From: a virus | DNA length: 64,000 bases | Virus record (IMG/VR): IMGVR_UViG_3300013126_000010 | Span: 32,001 to 96,000 of that record | Reading direction: 5' to 3' (one strand) | Part shown: positions 31,924 to 39,152 of the stretch, in pieces | Numbering within the stretch: position 1 is the stretch's first letter | How the letters are laid out: every line of letters begins with the position of its first letter | Position numbers and translations under genes: made by a program | The notes under the pieces: generated by a model | Told to the model about the DNA's origin: nothing | The model's database searches: none | The model's input: the letters and a program-made list of their open reading frames with translations, nothing else

Positions 31924-32609
31924 ACTTTAGTTGATTTTTTACGATTAGAACGAGCAACGGATGGTTTTAACACAGCTTTGGGTGCATCTATGATAAGATC
32001 GGTGTGTGGCTGTTCTATCGCAGTTTCCACTTTAGATGGAACCAATTGTTCAGCCATTTCTAATAATCTTGATACTTCGTCTGTTAAACGAGCAGCATCT
32101 TTACGATATTTTTCCGCTAGTTGTTCATCAGTTATTACATTGTTTAATTGTTGTACCGGTTCAGGTACTTTTTCAGGGAGTGGTTTGGTTATTTCTTCAA
32201 TATTAGCAGACTGTTGTTCATCTGATTTTATTGCTAAATCTTGTACGCTAACCCCTTTATTTTGTGCAATAATTTGATTTAATTCAGCTAAATTGATAGA
32301 AGTCAACTGATTGGGGATCATTTCAATTTTATCTGTCGGAATTTTAACTAAATGACCTTTTGCATGGAGAGAAACAAGCATATTGCTTCCGTCAGGAAAA
32401 GTTGATCTATATAGTACATCAGCTAGTTCAAATGATGATTGAGCAGCATTGGATTCCACCAGTTTCATTAATGAATCATGGTAGGAATCCTGCAAGGATT
32501 CGGTGGGGATGATTAGACAACTAAATGCATCCCCTGGTAAAGTCCTGTATGCCACTAAACAACGTCTGCCGTTTGAAATAACTTTGCCTACGTGATTTAG
32601 GTTTGACAT
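31920..32609 (-). CDS. hypothetical protein (structured N-terminal domain, low-complexity basic tail)
   Basis: 229-aa ORF with a GGAG SD, co-oriented in the operon. Confidence 0.7.
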   Translation of the reverse strand: MSNLNHVGKVISNGRRCLVAYRTLPGDAFSCLIIPTESLQDSYHDSLMKLVESNAAQSSFELADVLYRSTFPDGSNMLVSLHAKGHLVKIPTDKIEMIPNQLTSINLAELNQIIAQNKGVSVQDLAIKSDEQQSANIEEITKPLPEKVPEPVQQLNNVITDEQLAEKYRKDAARLTDEVSRLLEMAEQLVPSKVETAIEQPHTDLIIDAPKAVLKPSVARSNRKKSTKV

Positions 32610-32612
32610 ATA

Positions 32613-32873
32613 TTATTCTCCGGTTTGATCGCCACTGTCACCAGTGGTTTGTTCACTTTGGGTTTTTGCTGCTTGATTAACGAATGCAGCTAATTTTTTC
32701 CAAACACGACCAACATCTTCAGATTCTGGTGCTTTGATTGCGCCACGTTCAATTGCTGCACCGATGATACGGGTAGCTAATTCCAAATCTTGCAGCGTGA
32801 TAACCACATCTTGTGGTGCTTGTTCTTGTTGTACTTGATCGGTTGGTTCAGTTGTTGTTACTTCTTCAGTCAT
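32613..32873 (-). CDS. hypothetical protein
   Basis: 86 aa; core ITLQDLELATRIIGAAIERGAIKAPE; AGGA SD. Confidence 0.7.
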   Translation of the reverse strand: MTEEVTTTEPTDQVQQEQAPQDVVITLQDLELATRIIGAAIERGAIKAPESEDVGRVWKKLAAFVNQAAKTQSEQTTGDSGDQTGE

Positions 32874-32889
32874 GTTAAATTTCCTATGG

Positions 32890-33315
32890 TTAAATATTGG
32901 TTTTTGGTAAGGCTTTCTGAGCCTTTATTGCTTTTGTCAACCCATATCGTTTAATATCACCAGAAAATAGGTATAATTCTATACTCTTACGTTCTGAAAA
33001 TACTATTATTGAATGATACCTAAGTAAATAGGGACATTCCATATGTTTTGACAAAAATACTATCACACTTGGATTAATTTCCATGTGTTCGGCAAATGGT
33101 ACTTCATATGCCTGAATCTTTAAATCATTTATGAGAAATGAATACCCTTCTTCACTTAATCTTAGTCCTGATGTTTTTGCAGTAGAATTCCACCATTTAT
33201 ACATATGGTATTTTATATTTGCATCATCACAACTTAATCCAGCTTTTTTTAAGAATATTTCTGTATATATCTCTTTAGAAAGAATAACATTTCTCCTACG
33301 TTTTAAAATCACCAC
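32890..33315 (-). CDS. hypothetical protein
   Basis: 141-aa co-oriented ORF. Confidence 0.65.
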   Translation of the reverse strand: MVILKRRRNVILSKEIYTEIFLKKAGLSCDDANIKYHMYKWWNSTAKTSGLRLSEEGYSFLINDLKIQAYEVPFAEHMEINPSVIVFLSKHMECPYLLRYHSIIVFSERKSIELYLFSGDIKRYGLTKAIKAQKALPKTNI

Positions 33316-33535
33316 CGTCCATTTTAATTGATATTGTATCAGTTGATGGAGTGGTTGAAATTTTATCTATTATAGCAGAAAAATCACCAACTAGCACACT
33401 ATTTACTTCAGATAAACAATATACAAGTGATTTAGCTGTTTTGATATCCATTTTTACTTCTTTTTGAGAACTTAGCTCTGCCGATTTAACTAAATTGATA
33501 AATTGTTGAATAGGAATTGTATTTATCTTACTCAT
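33296..33535 (-). CDS. hypothetical protein
   Basis: 79 aa, ends in MDGGDFKT; overlaps both neighbours. Confidence 0.65.
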   Translation of the reverse strand: MSKINTIPIQQFINLVKSAELSSQKEVKMDIKTAKSLVYCLSEVNSVLVGDFSAIIDKISTTPSTDTISIKMDGGDFKT

Positions 33536-34517
33536 ATGGGTACCCTGTCTGGAATGCTACCGCATAATGCGAGGCATATTCTCCTATAGTAGTTAAATCA
33601 TATAAGCCACAAAATTTCATAAGTTTTATTCCTACCTGTGAATTTTTCTTTGGATATGATTGGTTTAATATGGTTTCATATATTTTTATTTTAATATCAT
33701 CTGGTTGGGCATTTAAATCAATTAACATTTTGTTACGGTTGTAATCTTGTTCAACAATATGTTCTAATCCATTATGATCTTTCCACGTGGCATTCATTAT
33801 ATTATTCCATGCCCACCCTTTATCATGCCTGTCATTATATGCATCCAACATTCCGACTTTACTTTTTGATCCTTTTTTACGAACACCTGGGTATGCACTG
33901 AAAATATTGTCAGATGTATCGCCTCTAATGCATTTTTCAAATAATAACCATTCTGGGTCTGGTGCAGGAACTGGAGTTTGGGATACTTTATCTAATTCTG
34001 GTAAACCATCTTTATCAAATATACCAGAAGTAGTCATCAACTTTTCAGAAATACCATTATATTGAACTACATTATCAGCTAATAACTGATAAAAATCAGA
34101 ATCAGATGAAATGATAATATGCATATCATCTGGATGTGAATTGATGAACCCAGCAATTAAATCATCTGCTTCTAGCTCTGGATGTTGCAATACAGTGCAA
34201 TTCGTGCTGTTTGTGATAAATGATTGTAATTCGTTAAATGTTTCCCAAAAAAGCTTATCTTCTTCTAATTCTTTGGGTGATAATTGCGCTTTTTTATCTG
34301 ATCGGTTGGCTTTGTATGGTTGATAAACGGATTTCCGCCATGATTTACCTTCAAATGCAAATATAATATGATCACAATTAAATTTGTTCCACATTTTTTT
34401 GATACTGTTGAACATGATATGAAGTGACATACCAAGTTTAGTGTCAATCGTACCATGGGTCACATGGCGACTGCGATGAAACATGTTGCTGGAGTCAATT
34501 ATCAAAAAACTTTTCAT
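33528..34517 (-). CDS. rnh: RNase H / 5'-3' exonuclease (T4 rnh-like, FEN family)
   Basis: LIIDSSNMFHR, FAFEGKSWRK, LEADDLIA, IISSDSDFYQL, IRGDTSDNIFSAYPGV. Confidence 0.9.
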   Translation of the reverse strand: MKSFLIIDSSNMFHRSRHVTHGTIDTKLGMSLHIMFNSIKKMWNKFNCDHIIFAFEGKSWRKSVYQPYKANRSDKKAQLSPKELEEDKLFWETFNELQSFITNSTNCTVLQHPELEADDLIAGFINSHPDDMHIIISSDSDFYQLLADNVVQYNGISEKLMTTSGIFDKDGLPELDKVSQTPVPAPDPEWLLFEKCIRGDTSDNIFSAYPGVRKKGSKSKVGMLDAYNDRHDKGWAWNNIMNATWKDHNGLEHIVEQDYNRNKMLIDLNAQPDDIKIKIYETILNQSYPKKNSQVGIKLMKFCGLYDLTTIGEYASHYAVAFQTGYPYE

Positions 34518-34981
34518 TAACTAGCCTCAGAATGTTCATCAGAAATTCGTTTCAGGTTTATAAAACCGGCAGTAGTATGTTCGGTGATTGGTGCTTCTGC
34601 TTCTACTAACATGTTATATGCTAGTGTTCGAAACCACCTATCAACTATTTCTTCTTCAGGATCATTTTCAAATCCAAACCCATTGGTAATTAAATAATCA
34701 ATGAATTGTTTGTTCCAGTCTAATTCAAAAAACCCATGACCAGCATTTTTATCACTTAATTGTGTATCTAATACAGATACCCACGGTTCATCACGCTCAG
34801 TTGCTAATTCCTTTGGTGTTTTTGATATTTTATTCTTTTCTTCGATAGCTTTTTCAGTTTCTTTTTTTATATATTCTAATTCTAATTTTTGCTTATCGAT
34901 GTCCTCTTGGATGGATTTTTTAAGATCACTGAACCCTAAATAATCTTCTATGATAGATTTTAATGTTTTTTTACTAGTCAT
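34517..34981 (-). CDS. hypothetical protein
   Basis: 154 aa: coiled-coil N-terminus, then EPWVSVL...GFFELDWN...EEIVDRWF. Confidence 0.7.
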   Translation of the reverse strand: MTSKKTLKSIIEDYLGFSDLKKSIQEDIDKQKLELEYIKKETEKAIEEKNKISKTPKELATERDEPWVSVLDTQLSDKNAGHGFFELDWNKQFIDYLITNGFGFENDPEEEIVDRWFRTLAYNMLVEAEAPITEHTTAGFINLKRISDEHSEAS

Positions 34982-35213
34982 TTGCCAAAATTTCCTTAAA
35001 TGTTGTTAATACATAGTTCACGATTGTTATAAAAAATGCGCCAGTGATTATGGTGTTTAATATAGGTATCACTGAGTTTCTTACCATTTCATCAAAGGAT
35101 AATCCAGTTTCTGGTTCAACAAAACCGATTCTATAGAATGTTTTATGTACGATCCAGTAATTAAATAATGATACTATGCAACTAACTAAGTATATATAAG
35201 CTAATACTTCCAT
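34974..35213 (-). CDS. small membrane protein
   Basis: Two hydrophobic segments (VLAYIYLVSCIVSLFNYWI; VIPILNTIITGAFFITIVNYVL). Confidence 0.6.
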   Translation of the reverse strand: MEVLAYIYLVSCIVSLFNYWIVHKTFYRIGFVEPETGLSFDEMVRNSVIPILNTIITGAFFITIVNYVLTTFKEILAND

Positions 35214-35215
35214 TA

Positions 35216-35443
35216 CTATTCTTTATTTACTAGAATGGATTCTGTTCTAATTTGACCGGGACGAGTTTCATCCATTACTGCCACCATAATTAATCCAGTA
35301 CCAGTTGAAAGGTTTGAAATTTGTTTCTCAATTCCTTCCACAGTAGTCATTAAATTGGTATTTAAATTATCTTTTAAATGTTCAGGAATTGGGTTTTTCT
35401 CCCATTGTTCCATTATTAAGTTCATTTTGTCTTGAAAGTTCAT
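35216..35443 (-). CDS. hypothetical protein
   Basis: 75-aa co-oriented ORF. Confidence 0.5.
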   Translation of the reverse strand: MNFQDKMNLIMEQWEKNPIPEHLKDNLNTNLMTTVEGIEKQISNLSTGTGLIMVAVMDETRPGQIRTESILVNKE

Positions 35444-35870
35444 CTTTTAATTCCTTGTAACGTTGTACATCTATTATAGCTTGTTTTATAGTTTCTGCAT
35501 AATTGCATGCTTGCTGTTTGTTCATTATAATGGTATGGTTATACTGAACATAACCATTAACCCATACATTGTATGTTATATTTAGTCTATGATATAAACC
35601 ATTAATGATATATCTAAACCAATTATCAATGTTATACAATATTGGATTAGAACATGAAGAATAGGTATTGACTATATTCTTCCAGTATGCAGATTTTGGT
35701 TTGACATCAGTTGATATAGTGATCTCGCCACCATCATCTATTTCAATCATCATGTCTACCTCATCATCAGCATTCATACATGAACATGGTATGTTATATG
35801 AAACTAAATCTCCATAATCGTAGGATTTTAAAATCCCCATTGCCGGTTTTTGATATTGATAATCAATCAT
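35382..35870 (-). CDS. hypothetical protein
   Basis: 162-aa co-oriented ORF with a CSC motif. Confidence 0.6.
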   Translation of the reverse strand: MIDYQYQKPAMGILKSYDYGDLVSYNIPCSCMNADDEVDMMIEIDDGGEITISTDVKPKSAYWKNIVNTYSSCSNPILYNIDNWFRYIINGLYHRLNITYNVWVNGYVQYNHTIIMNKQQACNYAETIKQAIIDVQRYKELKDELSRQNELNNGTMGEKPNS

Positions 35871-35871
35871 A

Positions 35872-36054
35872 TTATTGAGTTTTTGTTAATTTACTTGTTG
35901 GTGATATAACAATTTTACAATCATATATCATTACATTATTAATGGCTATATCTAGTTCATTACTTATACCAGGGGATAGTTTGATGACGACTTCCAAATC
36001 GTCGTCATCAGTATCTACTGTATTAAGCAGTTTCTTTAATTCAGATACCTTCAT
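35872..36054 (-). CDS. hypothetical protein
   Basis: MKVSELKKLLNTVDTDDDDLEVVI, a typical small-phage-protein opening; second ATG (36054) preferred. Confidence 0.55.
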   Translation of the reverse strand: MKVSELKKLLNTVDTDDDDLEVVIKLSPGISNELDIAINNVMIYDCKIVISPTSKLTKTQ

Positions 36055-36610
36055 CTTCAACAACAATCATATCTGGTGTTGTATATAAATGTGCCAATAA
36101 ATTGATTGCAATAAAATCGGTGTCAATGTTAGGCAAATTATGGATATAATTTGATGCAATTAATAATTGTTCTTTTGCTTCTTCAGAATTAACTACTACT
36201 TTAACACCGTAATAGGTGTCTTTAGTTTTTTTATTGTAGCGTTTTAATCCAACCGGATACATTGCATTTTCAACCAGCAATTGTTCAGCCCAATCAGGGT
36301 AGGTACCTTTATCAAAGATATCATCAATAATATCTAATATAACAATATTATGTTGTAGAACTGATAATGGGATAAAAATACCATTTTTACGATTGTCAGT
36401 TAATCGTTCAGATGCCAATTGGATTCCATATGGCTTATCATATTGCACGAATGGTAGTTGTTTACCATTTTCGTCATACGTGGCAACAGTCAATTCGTGT
36501 GGGGAATAATAAGACACCCCATAAAAAATTTTATTATCTTCAATGTGTGATGCGACAGTGATCACGCCAGTCTTTGGAGTCCGATGCCCCATCCGAAATA
36601 CTTTAAACAT
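36041..36610 (-). CDS. hypothetical protein
   Basis: 189-aa co-oriented ORF with an AGG SD. Confidence 0.6.
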   Translation of the reverse strand: MFKVFRMGHRTPKTGVITVASHIEDNKIFYGVSYYSPHELTVATYDENGKQLPFVQYDKPYGIQLASERLTDNRKNGIFIPLSVLQHNIVILDIIDDIFDKGTYPDWAEQLLVENAMYPVGLKRYNKKTKDTYYGVKVVVNSEEAKEQLLIASNYIHNLPNIDTDFIAINLLAHLYTTPDMIVVEDEGI

Positions 36611-36624
36611 GTTATTACCTTATA

Positions 36625-36909
36625 TTAATATTTGAGATTTTCCATTGTTATAATTTTGGATAATTTATCCGCAAAATCATCACCGTCCTTAATAATGTAT
36701 CTGGAAATATGGCTCTTATCTTTCATTCTGTCATATTTCCTAAATTCTATTACTTTCCCACCAGTTGCAGGAAATATATATAAATGTGTTGCATCTTCAG
36801 TATGCAATTCTTCATCAGTTGTGCATCGAACGAGTTCCGGGGTACTACGCACGTTGTTAACGTAACCATGGTCCGCAAATAACCACTCTCTTAATAATTT
36901 TTTTAACAT
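36625..36909 (-). CDS. hypothetical protein
   Basis: 94 aa; YIFPATGGKVIEFRKYD core. Confidence 0.65.
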   Translation of the reverse strand: MLKKLLREWLFADHGYVNNVRSTPELVRCTTDEELHTEDATHLYIFPATGGKVIEFRKYDRMKDKSHISRYIIKDGDDFADKLSKIITMENLKY

Positions 36910-36910
36910 T

Positions 36911-37252
36911 TTAGCCTACTGGTATCAATTCGACAAATGGATAGTCGATGTTATTGTCTTTTCCAACCGTTTGGTGCAAATGAAATGTTGCCCATTTTTC
37001 TTGTTGGATTCCTATAACTCCAAAACTATATGCTGCTTTGTAGCATGCAACCATATCATGGATATTGTTTGTCACTGGAGTAAAAATTGATGATTTACCA
37101 TCATTATCAAACATCCAATAATCGGTGGTGCGATATTCGATTGTTTTCCATGGTATTATATTTGAATCTAATGCTTTTATTATATCGCTCATGATTATGA
37201 ATGATGAGTTAATTGTTGCCCACGAATGAGCAACAATTATGTTATATGTCAA
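36911..37252 (-). CDS. hypothetical protein
   Basis: 113-aa co-oriented ORF abutting its neighbours. Confidence 0.55.
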   Translation of the reverse strand: MTYNIIVAHSWATINSSFIIMSDIIKALDSNIIPWKTIEYRTTDYWMFDNDGKSSIFTPVTNNIHDMVACYKAAYSFGVIGIQQEKWATFHLHQTVGKDNNIDYPFVELIPVG

Positions 37253-37462
37253 TTATTTTTTATTTTCGATTCTAAGTTTCTTTTGAGTATGGTTGTAATA
37301 TCTGTTCCATACTGGGCTAGATCTGTTGTACAGGTCAGCTTCGTCAAAAGGTAACATTTTATCTCTACAAAAATCACGTAATTTATCTAAATCATCAAAA
37401 ATTTGATTAATATCTTGACGAGTTTGTGATGAAACATATGATCCTTTGTTTATTTTTGCCAT
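37253..37462 (-). CDS. hypothetical protein
   Basis: 69 aa with an AGGA SD. Confidence 0.65.
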   Translation of the reverse strand: MAKINKGSYVSSQTRQDINQIFDDLDKLRDFCRDKMLPFDEADLYNRSSPVWNRYYNHTQKKLRIENKK

Positions 37463-37487
37463 ATTGAATATCCTATAAAGGTTGTTA

Positions 37488-37523
37488 ATAAATACATTGT
37501 CCGAATGTGGACAATGTATTTAT
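37488..37523. repeat. perfect 15-bp inverted repeat (6-nt loop)
   Basis: ATAAATACATTGTCC-GAATGT-GGACAATGTATTTAT. Confidence 0.9.
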
Positions 37524-37539
37524 GTTTTAACAAACTAAA

Positions 37540-37959
37540 TCAAAATGGGTTTAAACCCTCACCATTATCTCTGTGCCATTGTACATGGTGCATTTGGCAC
37601 ATCCACCTTATGTCGTGGGGTTTGTTATAATCATCATGATGAGCCACTGTTTTGTAATTCCCACATATAATACATGGCTCTTTTGATATTTTACCATCAC
37701 GCAATGCATTATTAATAATGTTATGTGCTTTATATTTCTTGGGGAATTTTAGACGATACTGTTTTATATCATCAGCTGTTTGTCTACTTCCTCTACGTTT
37801 ATCATATTCTCTACACGCATCAATAGTATTGTTGCGATGATTGGTTGAATCAATTTTAGTACAAGATTTGCATTTACCCAAATGACCATCACTCATCATT
37901 TTGTGTATGTAAAAATCTGACAACGGTTTTTCAATATTACATTTAAAACATTTTTTCAT
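37540..37959 (-). CDS. HNH endonuclease with N-terminal CxxC zinc finger
   Basis: KKCFKC...KCKSC and PCIICG...AHHDDYNKPHDIRWMCQMHHVQWH. Confidence 0.85.
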   Translation of the reverse strand: MKKCFKCNIEKPLSDFYIHKMMSDGHLGKCKSCTKIDSTNHRNNTIDACREYDKRRGSRQTADDIKQYRLKFPKKYKAHNIINNALRDGKISKEPCIICGNYKTVAHHDDYNKPHDIRWMCQMHHVQWHRDNGEGLNPF

Positions 37960-37976
37960 TATGTTTCTTAATCAGT

Positions 37977-37983
37977 TATTTAT
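37977..37983 (-). promoter_or_regulatory. late promoter-like ATAAATA upstream of the HNH gene
   Basis: Intergenic, 18 nt before the ATG. The motif is common by chance in AT-rich DNA, so support is positional only. Confidence 0.4.
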
Positions 37984-37999
37984 GGTTAAATATAATGAC

Positions 38000-38404
38000 T
38001 TAATTAACAGGCACATCATGTTGTTCCTCATCAAATTCATACATGACACATTTACTTACTGTTGGTAAACTATCAGATATTTTTGGTTTTTCCAATACTC
38101 TAAATTCTTCTGCAATAATATCCACATATTTGTGGGTAACATCATTTGTATCTTTCCATTTTGTTGTCTTAATACGTCCTTTTACGTATACTAATGAACC
38201 AACTGTTAGTTTGTCCATAACATAAGATCCTAATTTACCGTATAAAACAACATTGTGCCATTCTGTTTCAGAATGTCTCTCATTATTCCTATCTTTCCAT
38301 TCCCGTTTTGTTGCAACATTCACGTTGGTTACAGAACCAGTTGGAATATCTTTTCTTTCTGGTTCTGTGCCTACTCTACCAATTAACGTAACTTCATTTA
38401 TCAT
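38000..38404 (-). CDS. ssb: single-stranded DNA-binding protein (bacterial-type OB fold)
   Basis: MINEVTLIGRVGTEPE...TEWHNVVLYGK...GSLVYVKGRIKTTKW. Confidence 0.92.
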   Translation of the reverse strand: MINEVTLIGRVGTEPERKDIPTGSVTNVNVATKREWKDRNNERHSETEWHNVVLYGKLGSYVMDKLTVGSLVYVKGRIKTTKWKDTNDVTHKYVDIIAEEFRVLEKPKISDSLPTVSKCVMYEFDEEQHDVPVN

Positions 38405-38413
38405 TTTTCTTTC

Positions 38414-39151
38414 CTATTGTGCAGCTGGGATAATATAATCATAAACCACCATACCACTATCAACTGAGATTTTTAATCCTCCGTTGTCTGATATAAACAT
38501 GGTCTTTTCGCCGTCCAGATTTAGTACACTTAATACAGGATCAACTAGCCATTCCCATTTATGTTTTAATATTCCATCAACATCTGAATGGAATACAAAT
38601 GAACCAGCATGGGATGCAGCATTCCCGAATGAAATAACTAAGTTGGAACGTTCTGTTTTCGCCTGAAACTTCTTCTCTTCTTTATTTGCAGTAGATTGTA
38701 GTTTCAAACGTTTTATGGATTCTATGGTTGGTTTAAACTCTATAACCCATTTTGGTTCACTGAAAATAACACCATTCATTTTTTGATCGATTAACATGGT
38801 GTGCATGAACCTATATTCATTTCTGAAATCACCAGATTCATTTTCAAAGTGAATATGATCTGGTGATGTTATGTCATTTTTAGTGACGTTTACTACTTTG
38901 ATGGTGGCATTTTCTTTATATTCTGGATTTTTTAGATGATGGTCTAATTTTTCCATGTTTGAAAAACCAAAAGAACCCGAAAATTCAGGAATAACTTCAT
39001 GGGTTTTTGCATATAAAATTATAGATCTGTCTGGTGCAACTGATTCCAATCCAGTTGAAGTGTTGTCTGATGTAATTTTTACCATAGGTAAATAGCCAAG
39101 ACCATATGTATGGTCTACAATATCGCGTAAAATTTCTTGTAAAGTACTCAT
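38414..39151 (-). CDS. probable sliding clamp (gp45-like)
   Basis: 246 aa immediately downstream of the polymerase (TAATATG coupling puts the true start at 39151). Size, position and C-terminal DSGMVVYDYIIPA fit T4-type clamps. Confidence 0.55.
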   Translation of the reverse strand: MSTLQEILRDIVDHTYGLGYLPMVKITSDNTSTGLESVAPDRSIILYAKTHEVIPEFSGSFGFSNMEKLDHHLKNPEYKENATIKVVNVTKNDITSPDHIHFENESGDFRNEYRFMHTMLIDQKMNGVIFSEPKWVIEFKPTIESIKRLKLQSTANKEEKKFQAKTERSNLVISFGNAASHAGSFVFHSDVDGILKHKWEWLVDPVLSVLNLDGEKTMFISDNGGLKISVDSGMVVYDYIIPAAQ

Positions 39152-39152
39152 A

